Of a DNA stretch of 64,000 nt, positions 1-12,588 are shown one piece after another (the first letter of the stretch is position 1; each line of letters opens with the position of its first letter). A program made the position numbers and the translations under genes. The notes beneath the pieces were generated by a model. That model saw only the letters and a list, made by a program, of their open reading frames with translations, was not told the origin of the DNA and did not search any database. The stretch lies in contig JAQGDQ010002366.1 in assembly GCA_030141605.1 (NCBI GenBank), positions 989,079 to 1,053,078 on the forward strand, in the 5' to 3' direction. Origin of the DNA: Tubiluchus corallicola. Its lineage: Eukaryota; Animalia; Priapulida.

Positions 1-1148
1 TTATAACTGAGACTTTAATGGATCTCCTCTGTAAGGAAATGACTATTGATGAAATATTGTAAGTTGACCTGAATGCTTAACATATGGCGAACTGATTCAA
101 TTATGATTAAATTTTATCTACTCCGTGCAAAAGCATTTCTCCATTATCTTTCAAAGTACTTTTACCTTACTGTAAGAGAGAAAGTTGACAATAAATGATC
201 AATGATAAGCTTAGGCCTAGGGCGAGGTTTAATTTAGTTATAATCGTTTTATTTAACATAAGATATAACGTGTGCAAAAGATATAAAAAAACTATTATTG
301 GCTAATTATGAAAATTATTAAAGGTTTCATTTCGCTTCTCTCTCTCATTTCATAGGAGCTATGTCAGTTAGCTTTTGATCAAACTGTTTTCTTTTTTTCA
401 CATTTTTAAACACTTTGATTTATGGATTCTGTCAGCTGGACATCTCTATATAGGAGTACGACTTGTTAGCAACGATGCCGTAAAATAATATTCTCTTATC
501 TGAAATTCTGTTAACTTATATCTCAGGTAAATGTTTACTTTATATTTTTCTTTGAATTGGTTATTGAACCAGTGTACACTTATATAAATTACATGATGAA
601 ATTGTTTTTCAATCGAAAATATAATTAATACTAAACTCCTATGCTACATTACCATATCTATTTATTTGCCCTTTTATTTTTGTATTGTTTTTGTTGTTGT
701 ATACATCAGTGGTTTGCATTTTTTGCATAATATTAAATATTTCGCAACATATGATTTTGATTTGCATGTAAATGGTAATGATGATATTCTTGGATTTTTA
801 TAATTATAATATTAGCTTAACACTATTGCATTTATATTTTGTTACGATTTTGTATGAATTTTTGTTTTACGCACTTTTAATACGTTCATAAGATGCATGT
901 TTTCTTGTTATTGAGTATACCGAGTTATTACTAGAACTCCTCAAATTCGAGTTACATGCAAATTATGCTATTTTTAGCATGCTAGTACAATTTATTTCTT
1001 TTTTTGCTCATTTAGAATGTGAAATTTCGTTTTTGGCGTTTTTCTTTTATGTTATATAGATATAAACAAGTGCACAATTCAATATTTCATTATTTTTGAT
1101 TAGTTATCGTCTGCACTACATGCAAAATATTTATAACAGAACTGAGTT

Positions 1149-1274
1149 GGGGTGGCTGATACGATAACGCACGTTCTTCGCCACCCCTTCCCATTTGATT
1201 GGCTATTATAATTATGCCACTAAGCTTTAATCGATGTTGTATGTGGGAAAAACAATAAATGATTTGATTTGATT
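1149..1274 (+). mobile_element. Probable 3' end of a non-LTR retrotransposon (stem-loop, AATAAA, (GATTT)n tail)
   Basis: GGGGTGGC (1149-1156) can pair with GCCACCCC (1180-1187); then AATAAA and TGATTTGATTTGATTTG, preceded by ~1 kb of very T-rich sequence. This layout is typical of CR1/L2-group LINE 3' ends. Confidence 0.45.
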
Positions 1275-1805
1275 TGGATCAATGGTTTTAGTGTTGGGAA
1301 TGGCTTCATTCAGCCGCCTTCAGAATTGGCCAGATATATAACAATATGTCTCCTAACCCTCCTCACAATACATCAAAGGCACTGGGCACCCTATAGTTAA
1401 AAGCAAAATTACAACAGATATCAACACAGCCTAGCCGTGTCATGATAACCCACATACTAGCATGTGAACACACATTGGCAATTGCCAACCATCCCCTAAT
1501 TATGATTAAATGATAAAATGTTACTAACTGCCAGCATAACTGGTCATAGAAAATGAAATACTACCAGTGGTCAGTTGCATTCAAGCTACACAGTTGCCTA
1601 TTTAGACAGTTTACACTCTTATGCCAGGAAACGTTGTGACACTCATCATTACAATTTGCCGAAAATCAGGACCATCATTGTATCCACAACCTGAAACTAC
1701 AGCACTAGCAGTGAAGTTTTACGTCTTCCTTATATGCAAGGAAGTATTGAACAATTAGTCAAGATGCCTACATCAGCTCTGACTAATACTCTGTGGTTCT
1801 TGTGC

Positions 1806-2108
1806 CAGGGCCGAATTATCCTATATGCTGGTATATCGGACTCCAAGCTTTGGTAGAATTTGGTAAAAAATCTGTTTATTCACTACAGCTGTGCTGAAAT
1901 TGTGTGCTAATTTGGTTTTCAAGAAATAGTAAAATGTCGTGTTTCTCAGAGATTAGTTTTATTGACAAACTGATGTTTACTTCATTGCAATAAATTTACT
2001 TCAAACTATGAAAAATGTTGCAAGTTAAATGGTCTCCCCACCCAAAGAGGCTTCATAGTTTCATTAGCTTAAGCCCCAAGGGCCCCAATAGTTCATAATC
2101 CGGCCCTG
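1806..2108. mobile_element. hAT-like MITE (~300 bp)
   Basis: Terminal inverted repeats CAGGGCCGAATTAT (1806) and ATAATCCGGCCCTG (ends 2108), 13/14 match; no clear TSD. Confidence 0.6.
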
Positions 2109-2888
2109 GTTATCATTCAATATAAAGTTGATTGTTGTGCGAGTTGCCTTTTGTCGTGCTGATACTCATTTCTAATATTATAGCAAAAGGGATATCAAAT
2201 CTTGCTGAAACATACAGAACCAGAACCACTGCATGTGAGCTGCTTGCTTACATGTACACACATGGAGGACATCAAATTTTGATGCTCTTGATAGTTAAAG
2301 ACATTAAAAGAGAAAAATGTTATAGTTCATAACATTGCAAATGCATCAATGGTTAAACTACGACTTCATCTCATACAACAGTTGCATTTTTCTGATTCTT
2401 TTAATGTGAATGTTTCATTAGTTGTTCTGTCTCAAGATCGCATAAAAACATTAAAGTCGCAAAATGTATGCTCATGTATCATTTTAATATACAGCTAACA
2501 ATTTACAAGTGCCCACAAATATATCAGTCACACTAATGACAGATAATGCTATTAAGAAATAACATTCATATAACAAATTTCATAGAACAGAATTAATCAT
2601 TTAGATTTTAGAATGTTACAATAATGAGCCCAATATAACTTTTACAGTGAGGCTGTATAATTGCACATGAATGTGATTATGCTATTAAGACAAGCACATT
2701 AATTCGCTGTTGTGAACCAAAATTTACAGTCCATATCCAGCAAATTATTATTATGACTTTCGAAAAATCTGGTACCAATATGTACAAGATGTTTTTGTAC
2801 CCTTTTACCACTAATTAATCATTATTTACAAAAAGAAATGAATACTTCTCAAAATCAAATTTAGACAAAATATAAATTATTTCATTTA

Positions 2889-5800
2889 CTACATAAGATC
2901 CGGGAACAAGTCTGAAAAAGACTCTTGCCAAGCTTCTTCATCAGTAGCTGGGGATGCTGCACTTACAGGTGAGCCAAGATCACTTTCACCTGTGCTATAC
3001 CCAGATTCCGAAGACGTGTTGGGCGACTTGCCATGTATTCCAGGCGTGTTTAAAGGTGAACACGAAGACAACATATTATCCCATATGCTGGGATTGTAGT
3101 GCGTATTAACCTTTAATGGAGTGTTAATATCGGTTGATAGTTCACTACGAATTCCTTCAATACCGGTACAGGATACATTAGAAAATCCACCAGATTGCAG
3201 AAAAGAATCAAACTCACTAAGATCAAGATCCATTAATTCTGAAAAATCATCAGTTGATGGCAAAGTATTGCCAAGTTCTGTGTATTCTGTAAGAGAATTT
3301 CCTCTATAAAGTACATCGACTTCTGAAGAAGTGTCTTTGTTAGCACTATAATTATCATTAGTGCAACTGATATCCTGATCGACAATGGAAACACTTTCCG
3401 CTTCTGTTTTTACTTCTTCTTCATGATCAATTGAAGTGAGCTCATCGGCATTTTCAGCCTTGTAGTAAATGTGGTCGAATCTTATGAATTCATTGATGGC
3501 GTCCACATTCTTTGGTGTGCTCCCCACCATTTTATGATTGGATTTAAAACGCTTGTCTTCAACTTTGGCATTCTGAAATAAAAATGATTTATAAATATCT
3601 TGCTAAATTGAAACACTCAACGTAACAGTAAAAGTAGAATCTTAAAATCCAGATACAAAAACTTTGCCGTCACGCACACTTCTACATGTGTATTTGTGCA
3701 CAAGAAATTTATTAAAAATAGCTAAGACAACAGCTGACATTCAACAAGTCCTTCAGTTTTCTTAAAAATTTAAACAGCCTGACTCCTGACAAATTTAAAC
3801 TGATCATACAGTATGTCAAAAATGAACGCAATACGGATTTTACAAATATATCTTTTACAGTTTTAAGAGATAAAATCGCCAACAAACCTGCTCTGACTGT
3901 TCAACTTCATCATCCGTTTCAGACGAAAGTCCGTCAACGATGAAGGATAAGAGATCTCGCTCAGTACAATCAGGAACAGAAACGTTACTGAAAATGCCAT
4001 CCAATGAGAGACTGCACGAGCCTGCTCCTGCTGCAGAGGAAGCATTTTGAATACTGCGGATTCAACTGACTCGTCCTTTCTCTCACTGGGGACATCATCT
4101 ACACCCAAACGCTTCTTCAGTATTGCGTTTTCACCACGCAGCAACTTAACTTCGTCTGTAAGTGCTTTGTTGTCAGACTGTAATGATCGATTCTGTAAAA
4201 ATAAATTAAAGAGAGTTTATAGATAAAAGAAAAAACCTAAAAATTGCAAAAAATACAGTAAACTATATATAACTCCAACTGGTATAACAGAATTCTTGCG
4301 CATCTCGAACAGATACTCGTGGAACAAATTTTTTTCCTTTAACAAGCAACTCGAAATCTCTAACTGAAACCGAAATCCCGGTCCAATTCTTAAGAATCTG
4401 ATTGAAATTGCCTCGCTTATCTCGAACAGCCTCCCAAGCAAGAAGTCCTACGCAAAAGTGTGCACCACATTATGCTAGTTTCAGCAAAAATGCTAAAATT
4501 TCTTGTATTACCTTAGCAGAGCATTGCAAACACCACGGCTCAACGAACGTGGTTTAATGTAGATCACAATATTGTTATTGCAAAATTGTTAAAACCATGC
4601 TACTCAGACTACAATAAAGGTGGGTCAGTCATTTTATTTTTGGTTTGTGTTAGGTATTTGATTAAAGGCTTAGTTTGTCACTTTCGCAGGCTGTAGTGTT
4701 ACTAGTGTATTGTCCGACACTGATGAATGACTCAGTCTTGTTTTCTTACGAACATCGTCTTACTCGTACTTTCGCATAACTCAAACAAATTTTCCGGTCC
4801 CGAGGTGTTTAAGTTAAACGTAGCTTACTGTAGTGATCAGTTTAGCTCTTTTAAATTCAACTTTTGTGATGTTTTGACCAATTTACTCCGAGTCAATTGT
4901 CAGATGTGATAATGTCATAACGAAAAAATCAGCTAATTAGTACAAAATTTGAAACACAGATAAATGAATTATCCACCTGTTTTTCCAGTTGCACAATGGC
5001 AGTCTCCAGCATTTCCATCCTGGCCTTTTTACGGTCTCTAGCTGTCTGAGCAGCTTCCCTATTCTTCATTTTCCTAAAATTAAAATTGCAAAATTAAGAC
5101 ATATGCATTGATACTTGGGCATGCACCAATAATGATATGATGCTGATTGGCTGGTTAGTCATTACCCGTATAACAGTGTATTACCACCAAGATATGTAAG
5201 CTTAGACAACAAAACTAGAAAAAACTTTTAAACTCATCCAATACAGACTTGTCCCATTTGAAAATAGTTTAAGCTTGCTTTTGTAAGATAGCCCAGGTTA
5301 GCTGTTGGCTAAGTTTAGCTGTGACTAAATGACCACTTGGTTGACTCACTATCTTTTCTCCGGTTACTCCAAAAAAATCAAAATCAAATCAAAGAAATTA
5401 CAATATTTTGATTACGTGTTTTATTAAGTTAACATCACTTGCTGCATAATTTCAGTTCATTCAAAATTTTAAAAACTTCACTAATTTAAAAAGCATCAAA
5501 ATTCCAATATAGAGTAATTTGCTGACAAAAATTTTAAATATTTCAGGGCCATCTCAGTGTACTGACAACATGTACAGCCTGCTTTCTAGTTTCCATTAAG
5601 TGTAAATTGTACAACTGCGTAGATTAAATTTAAATCATTAATAAGAAATACATAGTAAAATTCAAATGCAACCAGGAACACTCTAAAATCCGACCGGAAA
5701 TAGTAAAAACATCTAAGTGCAAATGCAAGTAATGAGACTCAACCGACAGGATTAAATTCCCAGTCTTTCATAGACCAACTAGTACACGGGTTAGACAAGG

Positions 5801-7513
5801 AACTAAAAGCAAAACATACTACATTGCACAATGCAGACACTGTGAGGTCATAGCTGTGACAGGTCTTATAGCCAAAATAAACGTAGATACAAAAACTCAA
5901 GATACAAATGAGTATATTTTATATTTTACTTTATAATTATATTTTAAAAATATCTGCTTGGAATGTAAAGAGTCTAGATTCGAAAAATTAGGGAGCATGA
6001 ATTTTGCTTATTTGAGGATTTAGTGGTTTCAGCGGTTTCACATCAGCCTTTGTTCCAGTCTGGAAGGCACTTATTTCAAAGTGCAAGCCTAATTTAGACT
6101 TGTAATGCTGTCTTCTTTTTTATATCTCAAAATCAGTTCCCAACAACTTTCTTACTTTTAGAGCTTGGTTAATTCTGACATTTACTTCCTTCAATTTATC
6201 TGTATTATCAACATATAAATCATCAATTGCAGCATTACTTGCACCCATTCTTTCATTCAGTTTTTCACATGTTAAAAAATGTTCTGCAGTGTCTTCGCTG
6301 TTTCCACATAACAAGTATTTGACATCCCCTTTAAACTTATTTATATAATTTGCTTTAACGCTGACCAACTCTGAATTTTCTGCACATTCTACAACATATT
6401 TAATTGGTTTGCCCAACTGTTCTACTCTATTACTTAAAAATTACAGCTTTGTTTTGCTTCTAATTTTTAACACACTTTCGATATCTAAATACTGGTTTAT
6501 TGCACATTTAACCAGTGCAATACTTTTTAGCATGAAATGAGCATCTCTGTCTTCATCAGAACTCACTAATGCTCTTAACCACATTAATTTTCTGTAATGA
6601 ATCCTTTGTTCAAGCGCCAAATTCCAAGTATTAACAATAAGCCCCAATAATTAATACTAATTCTTTGATTTACACATAGTAAATCTTTTGGCCACTTTCT
6701 ACTTGCTTCCACTGAGTTTTGTTTAATTCAGCCCATATTTCTTTGTTAAACAGACTGACGCATATAGCAGTACTTGTATTTTAATGTATTCTGACCCAAC
6801 CTCACTTGAACTACTCCAGTTCATTAATTCTCTTTTCAGGTACTCAATTTTTTCACTCCTTTTTTCAGTACTCATTCCATGTCCACCATTTTCAGTTATA
6901 TAATCACCCAGATATTTATAGTGACTCACCCTTTTCACGTCACCATTTGTTACTGAAAAGTTTACAACCTCACTCTAAATTTCGTTTTTTAGACAGTCTC
7001 ACAGTCTGTATCATTGTGATTTCTCTGTACTAAATGCTATCTTTTTCATCTTATCCATCAATCTACAATTATTGACAAACTGATTTACCACTCCCTCACT
7101 TCCAAATCCTAGAATCCACGGTTTGTAAATTTAATTAACAAAGATAACAAAAATTTTAGGCTGCATAAGTTTATTCAGGAATTAATTATAAAACCAGGCT
7201 AGAATTGCGAAATTGTGATAATTTGCTCTATAATCAATTTCAGTTTTCACGACAAATATATCTTCGTTATTTAAATTTGTGAAATTAAAAAATACCTTCG
7301 TAGCAATTTCTCGTTTGGTGACAAACCACTCAAACGCTGCCGCTTACGAGGAACTGATGCAACTGACTCCGGTATTAAAGAAGCTAACATATTGCCGTCT
7401 TTCTTATGATCTTCAGCTTCGTCGTCTGATTCTAGATCCCAACAATGTTTCCTCAATACTGTAACTCGGCTACTGTGTTTGGATGAAGTTGTAAGCACAG
7501 AAACCTGCGCCAT
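2889..7513 (-). CDS. XBP1: X-box binding protein 1, IRE1-spliced isoform XBP1s (~426 aa), bZIP transcription factor
   Basis: Exons 7513-7296, 5073-4977, 4192-3888 (minus 4056-4034) and 3572-2889, all GT-AG and phase-consistent. Basic region RKRQRLSGLSPNEKLLRR|KMKNREAAQTARDRKKARM; spliced junction ESAAGAG; AINEFIRFDHIYYK and terminal WQESFSDLFPDLM match XBP1s hallmarks. Confidence 0.96.
3482..7513 (-). CDS. XBP1: XBP1 unspliced isoform XBP1u (~236 aa)
   Basis: Same exons with the 23-nt intron retained: ESAVFKMLPLQQEQ, hydrophobic WMAFSVTFLFLIVL, and exon 4 read in the alternative frame ending KWWGAHQRMWTPSMNS* (TAA at 3484-3482). Confidence 0.9.
4034..4056 (-). other. XBP1: 23-nt unconventional (IRE1-cleaved) intron of XBP1 mRNA
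   Basis: Minus strand TTGAAT-CCG^CAGT-ATTCAA and TCCT-CTG^CAGC-AGGA form two hairpins with 7-nt CNG^CAGN loops. The excised piece CAGTATTCAAAATGCTTCCTCTG is 23 nt, and its removal joins the bZIP frame to the 2889-3530 ORF. Confidence 0.95.
4256..4830. mobile_element. Tc1/mariner (pogo/Tigger-like) MITE in XBP1 intron 2
   Basis: TA|CAGTAAAACT...AGCTTACTG|TA termini with TA flanks; internal repeated CTCGAA and CCGGTCC motifs. Confidence 0.6.
6120..7120 (-). mobile_element. Decayed LINE ORF2 3' half in XBP1 intron 1
   Basis: Broken ORFs 6723-6938 (YKYLG, RT thumb motif), 6441-6647 and 6120-6416 (LLCGNSEDTAEHFLTCEKL, zinc-knuckle-like); frameshifted. Confidence 0.75.
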
Positions 7514-7671
7514 TGTGAAGAATAATCTTCTGTCTATATCCTATAACTCCATTATTGAACGTTAGTTAAGAATCTTCCACCTTCTTTTAGATCACCAAAT
7601 CGAAATAACTCTACATCCTGAAGAAACAAACCTATTCTACATACTAAAATGATTGTTGACAAAATGATGAA

Positions 7672-7775
7672 TGATGCAATACGGAAATTAACTCGTGTTG
7701 CATTTTGATTGGTTAGTCAAATCCGGATAAGTAGATAAGAAACCACTAGTGATTGGTTAAACGAGAGTGACGTCG
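7672..7775 (-). promoter_or_regulatory. XBP1 proximal promoter with stress-response-like elements
   Basis: TGATGCAAT (7672-7680, C/EBP-ATF CARE consensus); CCAAT-N9-ACACG on minus strand (7712-7694, ERSE with one mismatch); second CCAAT (7756-7752); TGACGTCG (7768-7775, CRE/UPRE-like). All lie 160-260 bp upstream of the ATG. Confidence 0.55.
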
Positions 7776-8123
7776 CATACCGATGCGTGTCGTGACCGAT
7801 TTGCTGTTTCTACACTCGGCTGAGTAAGGCGACTGATTAGTTGCACGGTCTGCACTGATCAGTGTTTGCGCATACCCGTCTTCCAAATGGCAAGCGTTCA
7901 CATAATTTAAGTGCAAGATGCAACAAACTAATTCACTTTTTTGCAGTAAATGTTAATCACTTCACAATAAAATTGTTTGACGCTGGTTCAAATTTGAACT
8001 TATTGAATTTCCTCTCTATGGCGATTCACAGTAGCTATACTAATATCTCAATCAGGCTCCTGTATATCCACATCATAAAGGAGCCAACCAAAAAGAACAC
8101 TGTATCCTGTCAAGATGTTGTTC

Positions 8124-9045
8124 TTACGCCTCTACAATGACCCCTTTAATTTCGCTAAATTTTATCACATGTCTGATCCAAGCATTGACTCTTACTAATG
8201 TGCTTGCATTCACTGGAACATAGATCTTCTTTATTTTCTGCATGATTTCCAAATAATTTTTTACTACCTCACATTTCAACAGATGTTCCGTCATAGCATA
8301 CTCCTTGACACACAATGGACACATCAAATCATCCTTACATTTATTTTTATAATTACACTTTACCTCTATGTTGTGGAGATCGCTGGCATCTATTACAACT
8401 AAATGGAACATTGTAGAATGTTCTGTTAGGATAATCGTCTTACCGTGTAGAATGTTCTGGAAAGAAACTTCTAGAAGCTTCTCAGGCACACTATATAAGG
8501 CGAAGCAGGCCGCTGATAGATTCACACGGACGCCACTTACACATTCTCTTGTATACTTGCATTTTCAGATACACTCAAACGTTTTCCAGATTTTCACGTT
8601 TAGTGTAATCATTTCTTGTTCCTTCATACTTTTGTGTTGTAGAATTCGGGCTTAATAAATTAATTTAATTTGATGAAGTGTTTTCTGATTTTCTCTATGA
8701 GCCTTCCGAGAGAAACAAAACACAACACTCTCATGTTTAATTTCCATTTTGTAATTTCATAATTTATACTGTTTTTTCATCACACTCCATTGCATAATTT
8801 GTTGCATGATCCCAATTTTCAACACTATGTTTCATAAATCTCAGTTTTGTCATATTGTCACATCATGTCAAATAATAGCTGACTTTTTCAATTTTTTCTT
8901 TCTTAATATACCTATTAGATATACATTCGTCACAATACACACCATTTCTTGTGATTTTTCACTACTAAATGTAAACTTCTTGATTTCGACCGTCATTCTG
9001 CAATTTTTTGTCACATATGCTATACCATCATTCTGCTACAGCTGA
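8124..9045 (-). mobile_element. Decayed LINE ORF2 3' half, similar type to the 6120-7120 copy
   Basis: CPLCVKEYAMTEHLLKCEVV zinc knuckle; upstream remnant NCRMTVEIKKFTFSSEKS; many stops and frameshifts. Confidence 0.7.
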
Positions 9046-9951
9046 ATATCCCTTCGATAGTTTGATGCACACCTGTGTTAATTAAGCAAATTTTATTTTG
9101 CTCAATTCCAGAAGTGCTGCTGATGAACCCCTATCATGCTGCAAGAGATTGACATGACAGAGCATTCATTTGCCTGTAAGTGCTTGTCTCATTTAAAATA
9201 TTGAGGAGTTAATGCTGGAAGCAGGAAAATCTTCTCATGGTCGTCATCCAAATAGCTTAATTTATATTGCATTATTATGACAATTAATTGCACATTTGAT
9301 TTAGTTTTGTCAGTTCATCTTGAAAAATTACAGCAAGGAATCTCACCGTGTTTATCGCAATTGCTGTACGATATCAATCGCGCCTACGAGTGCACCTGAT
9401 ATGTTGTCATTTGCACAGTCACTGTAGCTACCATCACTGCACCCAGATATCCACATTACTTTAAAAAAACCCAAACATTTACATAGTTTTTCACTTGCAG
9501 ACTGCAGTTACTGTTGGGGAATTTGTAAAAAAATCCGAAATAAATAATAATTATGGCATTTGCTTGGTCTACGGCTTTTAGACATCAGAAACTCCTTGAG
9601 TTTGCAAAAAAGCAGTTTAAATGCACTCATCTTTAAGAACAGCGAGGATGCAACTAAATGTATAATGCTAAACAACACGGTATCCTGATTGCAAGCATTC
9701 CCCCAACCAAAGATCTAAATGCACTGCATTTAAATCTATGCCCCTAACAAAGACTTTCGATTGAAGTATGTTTGTAATTGAGGGTGGTACCTGCGGTCGT
9801 GCGCATTTAAATCTGTTCCCACAACAGACACTAGTGATTGGCGCTTGCACGTTATCGAGCATAATGCAACGGTATTCTGGTTTCCCATGTTGAAGCCACA
9901 AGTGTTTGTATATCAAATCATCAGGATCCATGCTGGGATCTCCCTAATTTG

Positions 9952-10276
9952 ATGGACTTAGTGAACGTTTTTTTGGACGCGATGGACGTAATTTTGAGCG
10001 TCCATTCACTAAACTGATGGACGTCCGTTTACTATTTCTATGGGTTCGTTGGACGTAATTTTGGACTCAATGGACGTATGTTGAAAACCCGTCTGCTAAA
10101 CTGATGGACCAACATAATCTTGGACATAACTTCGAGCATCTACATGTGGGGTAGATTGTATTTGAATGTGGTGGACGTAATGTAGAGCGTCCATTCACAA
10201 AATAGTTTAAAGTAAATTAATGGACCTACGTAATTGTTGACGTGGTGGAATAAACGTTTATCGCGCGGGTGGACAT
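9952..10276. repeat. Cluster of TGGACGT / CGTCCA motif repeats, likely a non-autonomous element remnant
   Basis: More than 10 TGGAC(GT) motifs in both orientations, with repeated blocks TGGACGTAAT and GAGCGTCCATTCAC. Confidence 0.55.
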
Positions 10277-10439
10277 TAGTTTAAACGTTGTTACCACAAC
10301 GGTCGTATAACAAGACAGTTATCTTCACATAAATAATAGGCAATTCATTTTGCTCTTCGTGGATGGATATTTACAAAAAACGTGCTCTATCCCCAATAAT
10401 ACTTCAAAGATATTTATATAGGTGACCTTTAGTGCATAA

Positions 10440-12580
10440 ATATCTGTCTATTGCATTGGATCATATTGACTGCTCTTTCTTGCACTCGTTTTAGGATGTC
10501 AGTGTTCTTCTTAAAGTATAGATCCCAAACTTGACTTACATAATCTATGTGAGGTCTAATGATAGGTATATAAAGAGGTAATATTACGAGGATCTTGTGG
10601 AAATTGTGTTTGATATGAGTCCAAGAAGTTGATTGCCTTTCTTCACTTTGCTAGCATTATGGCTGCGGAAGTTGAGACTGGCATCAGTGGTAAGTCCTAA
10701 GTCTACTTCTAGGTCACTCCGATATGGTGTGTAGTACATTTTGAATTTGTTCTGTTTGCTGTATGGAGCTCACAGTATTGGCAAGTTTTGTGTCATCAGC
10801 GAATTTCAAGAGCATAGAACAGATTCCTTGGTCTAGACTCTAGATCATCAATGAAGATCAGGAACAGCAATGGCCCGAGAACACTTCACTGAGGAACTCT
10901 GGGATAAAACTGGCACTTGTGATGATTTAACACCTTGGATCTCAACATATTGTGTTCTACCAATCATTCATTTCCTAATCCTTGTATGGAGAGAAAATGC
11001 CACAGACTTCTAGTTTCAAGAGCAGTTATTGATGAGGTACTTTGTCAAACGCCTTGATAAGATCAAAGTAAATCATATTTACAGTATTCCCTTTATCAGT
11101 ACTTGATAAAACAATTTCAAAAAATTCCAGAAGGTTACTGGTAACAGAGCTTTTGCTTAAAAAACCATGCTGAGATTTGTTAAGCAACCGAAATGTCATA
11201 AGGTGATCAAGAATCGCTTTGGAGATATTCTTTCCATAATTTTGCCAGTAGTGCTGGATAAGGCAATAAGGCAATTCTTAGGAAGACTTTTAGGACCTTT
11301 TTTATGTATTGGAGTAATTCACATAGTTGTACAGTTCCAGAGCTCATTGAGCAGCATTAATTAGTAACATTGGATGAATACTATCTTGACCAGCAGATGA
11401 GTTCTTTCTGAGTGATATTATTACCTTGTTTACTTTGTTGGGGTGAAAATCCACGTTACACACTAAGGTGCGAATCAAAAGAAGCATGTACGGCATGTTT
11501 CACGTCCATGTTTTTTCGTGTGAATGCACTGAAGAACTGTTTGTTAAGAATTTCTGCCGTAGTTTGTGGGTCAGATGTATCATTATCCAAGCTTAAAGGT
11601 CCTACTCATGGTCAACAGAGTTGATTATGATTTACATATGACCAAAGTGATTTACTGTTATGTTTTAGATTGTCAATTAGGTTGTTTTGTTAGTTCTCTT
11701 CACACTTCTTAAAACACCATGCATCAAACGTTCTTTTATAAACAGCAAAATCAGTTGGGTCTAAGGTATGCTTGCAGGTTCTGTATTTATTACGTTTGCT
11801 GTTTAGCGCAAGTTTACATTTGCGGCTAAACTAGGCTGGCTTGCTCTTAGATTTACGAGTTTTGAGTGACACATGTTGTTCAGTAAGTCCTTGCAATTGT
11901 TCGAAAATCAACAACCTGGAAGTCTCAACATCTGCTTCAGCCAGAATGTGTTTTCAAGAGATAGACTCTAACGCTGACATTATGGCTTTGAAAATTTGCC
12001 TTGTAATAGTTGAGATGAAATATCGTAGAGCTATCATTATCATCAATTACCGTAGCACACCAGGTTATTATGGAGTGGTCAGATGTCCTAAAGCTCTCGC
12101 AGATCTCAAGATCGGGCACTAACAACTCATCATTCACCAAAACTAAATCAAGAATAGCATTACCTCTAGTTGATTGAGAAACAAATTATGTAAAAATACA
12201 ATCATGGCAAATATTTGCAAAGTTTGAAAACTTGTCATCACCTGAGAAAGTTGACCAACATCCATTAGCTAAGTTAAAGTCCCCACACAACATGATATCA
12301 GTAGATTGTGCCGTTGTTTGGTTGGTGAACTGGTACAAATTATTGTCATTAAAATAACTGGGGGGGGGGGTACACCACTTCTACAGTTAAAACATGATTA
12401 TGTGGCAGTTTAGTTTAAAGTGTTCTTGAAAGTCTAGCAGATCTATAATTGGTGTACAGTGGTATTTGTCTTTCACTAAAATTGCAATTCCTCCACCAAT
12501 ACGATTATCTCAATCAGCTCCGAAGGTGTTATACAATGGAAATTTGAATGCTGTCATCTATGTTGCATGGTCCCTAAGTA
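10440..12580 (-). mobile_element. Degenerate CR1-type LINE ORF2 (endonuclease + RT)
   Basis: Remnants GGGIAILVK, CGDFN, RGNAILDLVL...SDH (APE endonuclease); QHGF...NLLEFF...IYFDLIKAFDKVPH; VLGPLLFLIFIDDL and KFADDTK (RT); many frameshifts. Confidence 0.88.
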
Positions 12581-12588
12581 AATGGATT

